Below are positions 19,438 to 27,960 of a DNA stretch of 38,485 nucleotides, piece after piece. A program made the position numbers and the translations under genes. The stretch is taken from NCBI GenBank assembly GCA_041619515.1, contig JBFKDW010000020.1:1-38485 (forward strand), given 5' to 3'. Below the pieces are notes generated by a model, which worked only from the letters and a program-made list of their open reading frames with translations, was not told the DNA's origin and did not search any database. The DNA comes from Acidimicrobiia bacterium. Lineage in GTDB: Bacteria; Actinomycetota; Acidimicrobiia; Spongiisociales; SHLN01. Every line of letters begins with the position of its first letter. Position 1 is the stretch's first letter.

Positions 19438-20338
19438 CAGCGTGCGTTTCGGTGAGGCGCAGATATATGTCTTCCAAGCTGGGACGCTCCACCGAGAGGC
19501 TGTCCAGCTCGATTCCCTTTTCGACGGCCCATCCGGTCAGCGTGGCGAGCAGCGCCGTGGGCGTGGCCGTGCGGATCGTGACACCGCCGGTCGCGGGATT
19601 CAAACCGGCACGCGCCGGATCGGGCAGATCGCCGTGATGGGTCATGGGAACATTGAACCTGACGGTGGCCTCACTGTCAGCTCGACCGCCAATCGACTCA
19701 GGGGTTCCCTCAGCCACGATTTGCCCGCGTGCGATCACCGCCACCCGGTCGGCCAGGTTCTGGGCTTCGTCCATGTAATGGGTCGTCAGCAGGATGGTCT
19801 TGCCGAGTGAACGGAGGTTGTCGATCAGGCCCCAGGCCTGGCGGCGGGCTGAGGGATCGAAACCGGTGGTGGGCTCGTCGAGGAACATGAGATCGGGATC
19901 TCCGACGATGCCGAGCGCCAACTCCAAACGGCGCTGCTGGCCGCCCGACAACGTCTTGATGCGGGCAGTGCGTTTTTCTTCCAGTCCGACGATGCCGATC
20001 ACTTCGTCGACGTCCCGGCGCCGGGGGTAGAAGCCGGCGTAGGTCTCGATGGCCTCGACCACCTTCAACTCGCGTTCGAGCGCAGTCTGCTGCAAGACGA
20101 TACCGATCCGTTCGCGGAACGCCCGGCCCCCGGTGGCGGGGTCGAAGCCGAGGACCTCGACCTCTCCGGCCGTCCGGATCCGGTGGCCCTCCATGATCTC
20201 AACACTCGTGGTCTTGCCGGCGCCGTTTGGGCCGAGCAGGGCGAATACCTCCCCCTCGTCCACCGTCAGGTCGATGCCGTCGACGGCCCGCACATCCCCG
20301 TAGCGCTTGGCCAGTCCCCGAACGGTGATTGCTGCCAT
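19430..20338 (-). CDS. ABC transporter ATP-binding protein
   Basis: Walker [14 protein letters not shown] signature, FLDEPT, TTHY. Confidence 0.95.
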   Translation of the reverse strand: MAAITVRGLAKRYGDVRAVDGIDLTVDEGEVFALLGPNGAGKTTSVEIMEGHRIRTAGEVEVLGFDPATGGRAFRERIGIVLQQTALERELKVVEAIETYAGFYPRRRDVDEVIGIVGLEEKRTARIKTLSGGQQRRLELALGIVGDPDLMFLDEPTTGFDPSARRQAWGLIDNLRSLGKTILLTTHYMDEAQNLADRVAVIARGQIVAEGTPESIGGRADSEATVRFNVPMTHHGDLPDPARAGLNPATGGVTIRTATPTALLATLTGWAVEKGIELDSLSVERPSLEDIYLRLTETHADA

Positions 20339-20359
20339 GCCCCCGAGGATAGAGAGGTC

Positions 20360-20923
20360 CTACCGGCTCCTACTTCCGTGGCGGTCCGCCAGATCAATCT
20401 CCACCGATGCCACACCCAGGTCATAGCGGGGAGTGCCATACCCGGCGGCGGAAACCAGGGCTCCGACCGCCGCGTTCTCGGCCAGGAAGTCTGCCCGAAA
20501 TTGTCGGATGCCCCGTTCCAGCGCCGCCTCCTCCAGCCGGGACAGCAGGATGGTCGCCAAGCCCACCCGCCGCCACGCGGGCTTCACCGCCACCGCCACG
20601 TCGGCCACATCTGAGCCGGCCGATCCCTCGTAGCGGGCGAGGGCCACTCCCGAGTCCGCAAATGCCCCGAGCGCAAAACGCCGGTCGTAGTCCAGGACCG
20701 TCAGGCGGGTGAGCAATTCGGAGTCGACGGTGATGCTCGGCCGGAAGAAGCGGTGGTACAACGTTTGCGGGTCGGCGTGCTCGAGCTCGAACCCGAGCTC
20801 TTCGGCGTCACAGGGGACGACGGGGCGAATGAAGACCGAGCGGCCGTCGCGGAGCGTCACTCGCTCTTCGAAGCGGCGCGGGTATCCAGGGGGAAGGGAA
20901 AGGGGGGTCGAGGTGGTGGTCAT
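20360..20923 (-). CDS. GNAT N-acetyltransferase (Pat-like stand-alone domain)
   Basis: VTLRDGRSVFIRPV, YHRFF, LDYDRRFAL, ADVAVAV..WRRVGLA, LAEN. Confidence 0.85.
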   Translation of the reverse strand: MTTTSTPLSLPPGYPRRFEERVTLRDGRSVFIRPVVPCDAEELGFELEHADPQTLYHRFFRPSITVDSELLTRLTVLDYDRRFALGAFADSGVALARYEGSAGSDVADVAVAVKPAWRRVGLATILLSRLEEAALERGIRQFRADFLAENAAVGALVSAAGYGTPRYDLGVASVEIDLADRHGSRSR

Positions 20924-20979
20924 GGTTGATTGACTATCGCAAGCATAGTGCAAACTTTTGCAAGCGATGCGGATACGGC

Positions 20980-21555
20980 TCAGAGAGTTTGCTCGCCGGC
21001 GCCGAGCATGCGCCGGATATTGTCCTTGTGCCGGACAACGACGAGCAGAGAGATCCCGGCCATGATGACCGCCGAACGGGCGTCTTCGGCCCAGATCCAC
21101 GTTGCGGGGATGGCGAGCGTGACGATGGTGAGCGACCCGAATGAAGAGACCCGCGTAGCTGCGATGATCAACGCCCAGATCAGGGCCATGGCGAGGCCCA
21201 GCCATGGTATCGCCCACAGCACCACTCCCACCGTGGTGGCGACACCCTTGCCGCCGCGAAAACGATGCCACACCGGGAAGCAGTGGCCGGCTACGGCCAG
21301 ACCGCCGGCCGCAAACCCCAGCAGCTCGCTCCCACCAACGAGCTCGCCGACGGCAGCGGCCGCCACCCCTTTGAGCAAGTCACCGGCAAGCACCAGGGCA
21401 CCGGCTCCCCGGCCGATGACCCGCGCCACATTGGAGGCGCCGGGGTTCCCGCTCCCCTCCGAATAGATGTCGACACCCTTGAGGCGGGCGGCGAGCACGG
21501 CGAAGTCGACGCTCCCGATGAAGTAGCCGGCGAGAAGAGAAAGGGCCTCAGGCAC
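20980..21555 (-). CDS. plsY: Glycerol-3-phosphate acyltransferase
   Basis: GSGNPGASNVAR, DLLKG, GHCFPVW.RFRGGKGVAT, RHKDNIRR. Confidence 0.95.
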   Translation of the reverse strand: MPEALSLLAGYFIGSVDFAVLAARLKGVDIYSEGSGNPGASNVARVIGRGAGALVLAGDLLKGVAAAAVGELVGGSELLGFAAGGLAVAGHCFPVWHRFRGGKGVATTVGVVLWAIPWLGLAMALIWALIIAATRVSSFGSLTIVTLAIPATWIWAEDARSAVIMAGISLLVVVRHKDNIRRMLGAGEQTL

Positions 21556-22093
21556 TGGTGAACAGCACCGAACGGAAGCGAACGACGTAGTCGAGAGCCG
21601 AAACGACCGTGATCACGACCGCCACGATCATGGCCCACTCGTCGAGGTGAAGCGATCCCCACGTGTCCTCGAGGCGCACGATGGCCAGCCCGATTGCGAC
21701 GAACTGGACCGTTGCCTTCCACTTTCCCCACTGTGATGCCGGGACGATCTTCCCGGCGTTGGCGGCGACCCCTCGCAACGCCATGACGGTGATCTCGCGA
21801 GCGATGATGATGAAAGCCAGCCAGATGTTGACACGGTCGGCTACCAGCAGCGCGGCGAGCGTGCCGGTAACCAACAGCTTGTCGGCGGTCAGGTCGAGGA
21901 ACGCCCCCATGATGGACGTCTGGCCCCAGCGCCGGGCCAGCCACCCGTCGACGAAGTCGCTGACGGCCGCCACCGTGAACACAGCTGCCGCGATCCCGAA
22001 GTTATGCGACAGGTCATCCTCGAGGAGAATGAGTGCCATCACCGCAGGAATCGCCACGATGCGACCGAGCGTGAGAGCAATGGGAAGGTTCAC
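21548..22093 (-). CDS. pgsA: CDP-diacylglycerol--glycerol-3-phosphate 3-phosphatidyltransferase
   Basis: DFVDGWLARRWGQTSIMGAFLDLTADK CDP-alcohol phosphotransferase motif; GKWKATVQ. Confidence 0.93.
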   Translation of the reverse strand: MNLPIALTLGRIVAIPAVMALILLEDDLSHNFGIAAAVFTVAAVSDFVDGWLARRWGQTSIMGAFLDLTADKLLVTGTLAALLVADRVNIWLAFIIIAREITVMALRGVAANAGKIVPASQWGKWKATVQFVAIGLAIVRLEDTWGSLHLDEWAMIVAVVITVVSALDYVVRFRSVLFTSA

Positions 22094-22160
22094 AGGGTGA
22101 GGTTAGAGACTCGATCGCCCCGGTTCCCGGCTTCAGCCCCGCACGACAACCCGCAGGGCT

Positions 22161-22287
22161 GCCCCCCTCCCGGCTACGCCGGACTCCCCCCTCCGGGGGG
22201 AGAGAACCAACCCCTCCACGCAAAGCCCGGAAGGGCCCTCTGTCTCCTCCCCCGGAGGGGGAGGTGGCCCGTAGGGCCGGAGGGGGC
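22161..22287. repeat. Inverted pair of GC-rich REP-like palindromic units
   Basis: 22161-22205 GCCCCCCTCCCGGCTACGCCGGACTCCCCCCTCCGGGGGGAGAGA is closely similar to the reverse complement of 22243-22287; each unit has two internal hairpins. Confidence 0.75.
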
Positions 22288-22323
22288 GCCCACCACAACC
22301 AGCACCACTCGAGACCCGGCCCG

Positions 22324-23814
22324 CTACTCCACCCAGTCGAAGGTACGGGTGACCGCCTTCTTCCACTCGGCGTACTCGCGGTCTCGCTCGGATTCGTCCA
22401 TCGCCGGGTCCCAGCGCTTGTCCTGGCCCCAGTTGCCGCGCAGATCGTCGAACCCTTCCCAGAACCCGGTGGCCAGCCCGGCGGCGTAGGCGGCGCCGAG
22501 GGCGGTGGTTTCGGACACGGTCGGCCGGACGACCGGCACACCGAGAACATCGGCCTGAAACTGCATGAGCAGCTCGTTGTGGACCATTCCGCCGTCGACC
22601 TTGAGCGACGTGAGCGACACCCCGGAGTCGGATCGCATCGCATCCAGCACCTCCCGGGTCTGCCAGGCGGTGGCTTCCAGCACCGCCCTGGCGATGTGCC
22701 CCCTGGTCACATAGCGGGTGAGCCCGGCGATGACCCCACGGGCGTCGCTTCGCCAGTAGGGAGCGAATAGCCCGGAGAAGGCCGGCACGAAGTAGACACC
22801 ACCGTTGTCTTCGACGGTGGCGGCGAGTGCCTCGATCTCGGGCGCCGAATCGATGAGCCCGAGGTTGTCGCGCAGCCATTGCACGAGGGCGCCGGCGATG
22901 GCGATCGACCCCTCGAGGGCGTACACCGGCGGCGTATCACCCAGGCGGTATGCGACGGTGGTCAGCAATCCACTCGCCGAGGGGACCAGGTGCTCACCGG
23001 TATTGAGGAGCATGAAGCAGCCTGTGCCATAGGTGTTCTTGGCGTCGCCGACGTCGTAGCAGGCCTGCCCGAACAGAGCTGCCTGCTGATCTCCCAGAAT
23101 GCCTGCAATCGGAACGCCGGCGGCGGGTCCCACGGCGGTGCCGTACACCTCCGATGACGAGCGGATCTCCGGGAGGCCCTCCCGCGGTACTCCGATCGCC
23201 GAGAGCAGCCCGTCGTCCCAGTCGAGCGTCTCCAGATTCATGAGCAGGGTCCGGCTGGCATTGGTGACATCGGTGACATGCACTCCCCCCGAGGTACCCC
23301 CGGTCAGGTGCCACAAGGCGAAGGAGTCCATGGTGCCGAACAGAATGTCACCCGATTCGACCCGGGCGGCCAACCCGTCCACGTGGTCGAGCATCCAGCG
23401 AATCTTCGGCCCTGCGAAGTAGGTCGCAAGCGGGAGGCCCGTCTTGGATCGGAACCGATCCTGGCCCTTGCCGGCGGACAGCTCGGCGACCAGATCGGCG
23501 GTGCGGGTGTCCTGCCAGACGATGGCGTTGTGAACGGCTTCTCCGGTGGAGCGGTCCCAGATCACCGCCGTCTCCCGCTGGTTGGTTATCCCGATGGCCG
23601 CCAAATCGGAAGCAGCGATCCCTGCCTTGGCCAGACCTTCCGCGATGACCGCCATCATGCGATCGCGAATCTCACCCGGATCGTGCTCTACCCATCCCGG
23701 CTGGGGGAAGATCTGTTCGTGCTCCTGCTGTGCCACGGCCGACACCGAGCCGGCATGGTCGAAGATCATGAACCGCGTGCTGGTGGTCCCCTGATCGAGT
23801 GCGCCGACGTGCAT
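22324..23814 (-). CDS. glpK: Glycerol kinase
   Basis: [51 protein letters not shown]. Confidence 0.97.
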   Translation of the reverse strand: MHVGALDQGTTSTRFMIFDHAGSVSAVAQQEHEQIFPQPGWVEHDPGEIRDRMMAVIAEGLAKAGIAASDLAAIGITNQRETAVIWDRSTGEAVHNAIVWQDTRTADLVAELSAGKGQDRFRSKTGLPLATYFAGPKIRWMLDHVDGLAARVESGDILFGTMDSFALWHLTGGTSGGVHVTDVTNASRTLLMNLETLDWDDGLLSAIGVPREGLPEIRSSSEVYGTAVGPAAGVPIAGILGDQQAALFGQACYDVGDAKNTYGTGCFMLLNTGEHLVPSASGLLTTVAYRLGDTPPVYALEGSIAIAGALVQWLRDNLGLIDSAPEIEALAATVEDNGGVYFVPAFSGLFAPYWRSDARGVIAGLTRYVTRGHIARAVLEATAWQTREVLDAMRSDSGVSLTSLKVDGGMVHNELLMQFQADVLGVPVVRPTVSETTALGAAYAAGLATGFWEGFDDLRGNWGQDKRWDPAMDESERDREYAEWKKAVTRTFDWVE

Positions 23815-23924
23815 AGGCCGAGACTAGAGGCTCACCGGCCGGTTGCCGCTTCGACCCCGCGACCGGGGTTGACCCGCGGCCATGTCCGTCCGCCGCTACC
23901 CGCGAAAATCTGTCACCGGAGAAG

Positions 23925-23955
23925 TTGCCAGGGCGACGGCGACCGCGCTTACAAT
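23925..23955 (+). promoter_or_regulatory. Putative sigma70-type promoter of the RRM gene
   Basis: TTGCCA (23925-23930), 19-nt spacer, TACAAT (23950-23955). Confidence 0.4.
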
Positions 23956-23982
23956 CTCCTAGGAGCGGAAAACGAGAGCTGG

Positions 23983-24252
23983 ATGCCAACCAAGCTGTAC
24001 GTCGGCAACATCCCGTGGTCACAGACCGACGAGGACCTCAAGAAGTTGTTCGAAGACCATGGGAGCGTCGTATCGGCTCAGGTCGTCCTCGATCGCCACA
24101 CCGGCCGGTCCCGCGGTTTCGGGTTCGTCGTGATGGGCTCCGAAGAGGAGTGCAAGCGGGCGATTCAGGCCCTCGACCAAGAGGACGTCGGGGGACGGGC
24201 CATCGTCGTGAACCACGCCCACCGCAAGAGCGAAGCCAGGGCAGCCTCCTAG
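23983..24252 (+). CDS. Single-RRM RNA-binding protein
   Basis: RNP2 LYVGNI and RNP1 RGFGFVVM; ATG at 23983. Confidence 0.93.
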   Translation: MPTKLYVGNIPWSQTDEDLKKLFEDHGSVVSAQVVLDRHTGRSRGFGFVVMGSEEECKRAIQALDQEDVGGRAIVVNHAHRKSEARAAS

Positions 24253-24279
24253 CACCGGCCGGCGCCAGCATCGCCAAGA

Positions 24280-25101
24280 TCACGCCTCGATACCGCGCCA
24301 CTCGTTCAACGTTCGCTCGGCGAAGGCATGCGCCTGGTCGATGATGGCCTCCCGATCCTCGCCCTCTCGCCTCGGGATCGGGTCGCCGACCCGCATCCGG
24401 AGCCGGGTGCCGAAGGGCACCGGCAGGAAGTTGTGCAGCATGGCGATCCACGCTCCGTCGACGGCGACCGGAAGAACGGCCAGCTCGGGGGCCGCGGCCA
24501 GCAGCGCCAGCGTTCCTGCCTTCTTGTACTCCTTCAGCTTCCCGTCGCGAGCCCGGGTTCCTTCCGGATAGATGAGCACGGAATGGCCGATCTCCTGTGC
24601 CTGGCGCCCCAGCGCGCTGATGGTCTTGATGGCACCGAGCCGGTCCCTGCGGTCGATCAGGGCGTTCGGTCCGTTCCGCAGATAGAACGAGACGGTCGGA
24701 TACCACTTCCCGTTCTCGATCTTCGACGTGAAGCCTGGGATGTTGCTGAACAGCGCGGTCCCGAAGAGGGGGAATTCGTAGAGGCTCTGATGATTCGAGA
24801 TGATGATGTAGGGAGTGCGCGCTTTGACTGCCGCCGACTTCTCGATGGTGGTGCGGGTCCCGTTGACGGGGAAGACAATCCGCTGCAAGCCCCACATGAA
24901 CCCGCTCGCCACGTAACCGACCGGCTTCACTCCGAACAGCCGGGCGAGGCGGAACAGGGGATCACACGCCACCAGGGCGAGCACGAGCAGGATCAGGAAT
25001 GGGATCGTGAAGACCCAGGAGATGACACGTTTCACGACGCGAGACTGTAACTGCGCGGGCTGGGCGGTGCCGGGAGCAGTTTGCTTTGTCCCCGATGGCA
25101 T
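24280..25101 (-). CDS. plsC: Lysophospholipid acyltransferase (PlsC family)
   Basis: NHQSLYE, IDRRDR, YPEGTR motifs; start uncertain (25101 or 25035). Confidence 0.85.
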   Translation of the reverse strand: MPSGTKQTAPGTAQPAQLQSRVVKRVISWVFTIPFLILLVLALVACDPLFRLARLFGVKPVGYVASGFMWGLQRIVFPVNGTRTTIEKSAAVKARTPYIIISNHQSLYEFPLFGTALFSNIPGFTSKIENGKWYPTVSFYLRNGPNALIDRRDRLGAIKTISALGRQAQEIGHSVLIYPEGTRARDGKLKEYKKAGTLALLAAAPELAVLPVAVDGAWIAMLHNFLPVPFGTRLRMRVGDPIPRREGEDREAIIDQAHAFAERTLNEWRGIEA

Positions 25102-25232
25102 CTGTGCGGTGACGGCATAGCCGAGGGGCGCAGCCCGGGCGAGATCCCAACCCCCCACTGCGCCGCATCACCCCCTAACTGCGAGCCGCGGCATGCGCGG
25201 AGATCCCGCCGCCCTATCACCGGATCCAGTCT

Positions 25233-26018
25233 TCACTTGGTGGGAGATGGGGAGCCGGCCGCCACCCGTGGCGCCGGCGTCGGCGCGGGGATCAGCGACT
25301 GCGTGTACCGCTTGGTCAACGTCCAGGTGGCAAGCAGCAGCGCGAAGTTGAAACCGACCACCACGCCGACTTCCCAGTCGGCCGGTATGTGAGTGGCGAC
25401 CGAGTCCGCCGGCACTTCGGCGTAGCGGATCAATTCGTTGTCCACCACTAGATACGCAAGGACGTAAATGGTGACGATGACGACCCAGTTGAGGATGGGC
25501 GCCCAGGGGCGGGCGGCCTTCTTTTCGGGCGTGTCGTACAACTTCTGCAGGAACCGCCTGGGCCCCACATCCAGATAGCGGTATGCGATCAGCCACCAGA
25601 GCAAAAGGTAATAGTTGGACCAATTGACGGCCACGGCGGCAACCACGGTGAACACCGAATACTCGAAGAAGTTGCGAACCACCACCCAGCGGCCGATCAG
25701 CTTCCCGAATGTCTGCGGGTTGCGGTTGAAATAGGCACCGATGGGAATCGACGTGGTCAGGAGTGCGATCACACCTCCCCAGAACCAGAGGGTGCTCTTG
25801 TTGGCGATGGCGAGTGGGCCGATCACGAACAGCATGGCCGAGGCGATGAAGATGTGGACGCTGAACATATGGATGGCCCACCGGTTGCTGAAGAGCGGGT
25901 TGAGCAGGCCTTCCGGCTGCCGGTATCCCTGATAGATCTGGCGCGCCCCGACGAAGAAGCCCCACGCCAGGAGCCCGGTATAGACGATGGTTATGAGCAG
26001 CGAACCCATGGTGATCAC
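25233..26018 (-). CDS. Uncharacterised multi-pass membrane protein
   Basis: About seven hydrophobic segments; no family recognised. Confidence 0.75.
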   Translation of the reverse strand: MITMGSLLITIVYTGLLAWGFFVGARQIYQGYRQPEGLLNPLFSNRWAIHMFSVHIFIASAMLFVIGPLAIANKSTLWFWGGVIALLTTSIPIGAYFNRNPQTFGKLIGRWVVVRNFFEYSVFTVVAAVAVNWSNYYLLLWWLIAYRYLDVGPRRFLQKLYDTPEKKAARPWAPILNWVVIVTIYVLAYLVVDNELIRYAEVPADSVATHIPADWEVGVVVGFNFALLLATWTLTKRYTQSLIPAPTPAPRVAAGSPSPTK

Positions 26019-26057
26019 CCGCCAAACGGTTCCGACATGTGCGACCGCGTTGTCACA

Positions 26058-26582
26058 TCACTTCTTCCTGCGCGTCAACCTGAGCCAGAGATTTCGAATT
26101 ACGGCTTTGAGGATCGTGATCGGATGGGTCAGTACGAGCACAATCTTGCCCTTCAGGCTGTTTGGGTCGTATTCGACCCCGAGTTGTATGAGCGGCGTGC
26201 CCTGATCGAAGTAGATCTTCTCGTTGACCATGTTCTCGCCCTCGAACTCGAAGATCAGGCACATGGGGAAGTCGACCTTTCGTCCGGTGGCGGGGAGACC
26301 TCGCCACGTGCCGAGCTGAGTTCCTTTGAAGCGACCCTCGACGAGAACCGCATCGGTCGTCGGTGACACCCGCGTCGGTTCGAAGACGAAGTCCGGGAAG
26401 GCTTTGTGGTTCTCAGTGAGAAAGGCGTCCACCCCGTCGGCTCCATCCCACAGCTCGCCGTTGGCTACGACCTCGTAGCGGGGACGGGCGAACTCCGCAA
26501 TGGCGCCCCGAAAGTCGTGGGCATTCTCGAGCCGCATGTGCTCATTGACGATGGCCACTCGTCGGTCGCCAAGTTCTGCCAT
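26058..26582 (-). CDS. SnoaL-like ester cyclase / NTF2-fold protein
   Basis: EHMRLENAHD, AFPDF, GTQLGTWRGLPATGRKVDFPM, EKIYFD. Confidence 0.88.
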   Translation of the reverse strand: MAELGDRRVAIVNEHMRLENAHDFRGAIAEFARPRYEVVANGELWDGADGVDAFLTENHKAFPDFVFEPTRVSPTTDAVLVEGRFKGTQLGTWRGLPATGRKVDFPMCLIFEFEGENMVNEKIYFDQGTPLIQLGVEYDPNSLKGKIVLVLTHPITILKAVIRNLWLRLTRRKK

Positions 26583-26683
26583 CTCTCGACTCTACTCTGG
26601 CCGGTCATGGCGTGACGGCCGCCCTACGGATGTTGCTGAAGGGACTTACCTCCGGCTGTTTGCCGGACCAACCGGCCGATGAG

Positions 26684-26719
26684 TCAGCAGGTGCAGGCTG
26701 GAATCCTGCCGAGCACCAC
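26684..26719 (+). repeat. Decayed copy of a tRNA-Arg 3' half (att-like scar or tRNA relic)
   Basis: GCAGGCTGGAATCCTGCCGAG (26693-26713) matches tRNA 26794-26814 at 19 of 21 positions. Confidence 0.6.
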
Positions 26720-26745
26720 CCGGCAACCAGTACCCTGCCACCCAT

Positions 26746-26818
26746 GCCCTCGTAGCTCAGGGGATAGAGCACCGGTTTCCTAAACCGGGTGTCGCAGGTT
26801 CGAATCCTGCCGAGGGCG
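26746..26818 (+). tRNA. tRNA-Arg(CCT)
   Basis: Acceptor GCCCTCG/CGAGGGC, D arm GCTC/GAGC, anticodon stem CCGGT-TTCCTAA-ACCGG, T arm GCAGG-TTCGAAT-CCTGC; followed by CCG rather than CCA. Confidence 0.97.
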
Positions 26819-26820
26819 CC

Positions 26821-26971
26821 GTGGGATGTCGCGGAGCATCGTGGACGGATGTGTCAGGACATCGTGGCTGATGGTGTCTTCCGTGGGCCTGGTGGTTTGC
26901 CTGTGGGTTGGAAGTCACGGGTGGGGTCGAGGGTGAGCTGGCGGAGGAGCTGCCCGTGGGGGTGATGATTC
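26821..26971 (-). mobile_element. IS481-family-like remnant (transposase C-terminus plus right end)
   Basis: Minus strand encodes HGQLLRQLTLDPTRDFQPTGKPPGP, like the IS481 tail ELTLDPTRDYQP; two GATGT-N7-CATCGTGG repeats abut the tRNA 3' end. Confidence 0.75.
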
Positions 26972-27180
26972 TGTTATGGAGGCCGCTGACGTTCAGGCTC
27001 GATATCGACGAGTTCGGCCGCTTTCACTGAGCCGATCACGGTATGACATCAACGAGCGTTGTGCCGCGATACCGGCAGACACGGAACCGGCGACCGCGCT
27101 TACGTGCCGGATCTACTCGCTCGCGGACCTCCACCGAGACAGACTGCCGTCCTCCACCGCGTCGGGGCTACAGCCCGACG

Positions 27181-27351
27181 CTACGAGCCCTTCCGGCCGG
27201 CTAGCTCCTTAGCAACCAGCTCGCTGTAGTCAACGCAGGCGCATTTCGGTACCGAGCACCCCTCATTGTCATGATGCTCGGCGCGGGGATGGCCGCATCC
27301 CAGGCAGCGTCGTCTTCCACCGTCGATTGGTCGGGTACGAGCGGGTTTCAA
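27181..27351 (-). CDS. 56-aa Cys/His-rich putative zinc-binding microprotein (not in ORF track)
   Basis: MKPARTRPIDGGRRRCLGCGHPRAEHHDNEGCSVPKCACVDYSELVAKELAGRKGS; TTG start overlaps the RRM stop (TTGA). Confidence 0.65.
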   Translation of the reverse strand: MKPARTRPIDGGRRRCLGCGHPRAEHHDNEGCSVPKCACVDYSELVAKELAGRKGS

Positions 27352-27602
27352 CGTGACCGCTCTTTGGCGAGGTTCACAGTCAGATCACGCCCGTCGAGAT
27401 TGTGGCCGTTGAGAGTGCTAATCGCTGCTGCGGCCTCTTCGGACGACGCCATCTCGACGAAGCCGAAGCCACGCGACCTGCCGCTGTCACGGTCGGCGAT
27501 GACCTGTGCCTTGTTCACTACGCCGTGGGGGGCGAAGAGCGTCTCGAGATCGGACGACGTGGTGCTAAACGTGAGATTCCCCACGTAGATATTGCTGGAC
27601 AT
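27348..27602 (-). CDS. Single-RRM RNA-binding protein (second copy)
   Basis: RNP2 IYVGNL, RNP1 RGFGFVEM; AAGGAG RBS before ATG at 27602. Confidence 0.95.
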   Translation of the reverse strand: MSSNIYVGNLTFSTTSSDLETLFAPHGVVNKAQVIADRDSGRSRGFGFVEMASSEEAAAAISTLNGHNLDGRDLTVNLAKERSR

Positions 27603-27960
27603 GATGTGCTCCTTCCGAAGCATCGAACCGTGGGGCCTGACGCCCGCCGAATCTGCCATCGGAAGCCGACGCTAACTGCGTCGACAAAAAGGAGCATGTC
27701 CTGCGGTGACTCCGCCGCACGGAACGAGGAGGCGGAGCCGGCGCTGTACGCGTCACGCGTACGCTTTGTGAACGAAAGGTTACCGCGTCGCGCCGCCTAG
27801 CGGACCGCAGATCCCCCTCGTGTCGGCTGCCAGGACGCCTGGTTGACCCGGCGGTGAGGGTGGCGTCGGCGTTTCGGATGAGCGGAGCGACGTCCACGCC
27901 TGAGCCCGAGGAGAGCAGCGGCAGCGATAGCAGGTGGCAATGTGGAACTATCCTGGTCGG

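Noticed and set aside
23278..23982. 324-aa ORF with C-terminal RRM
   Set aside because: The N-terminal part is antisense to glpK; the real start is ATG at 23983.
26821..26870. CRISPR-like direct repeats
   Set aside because: Only two imperfect units with no spacer-length gap and no cas genes; better explained as IS subterminal repeats.
26976..27212. 78-aa plus-strand ORF after the IS remnant
   Set aside because: No RBS or recognisable motif; overlaps the better-supported minus-strand microprotein.
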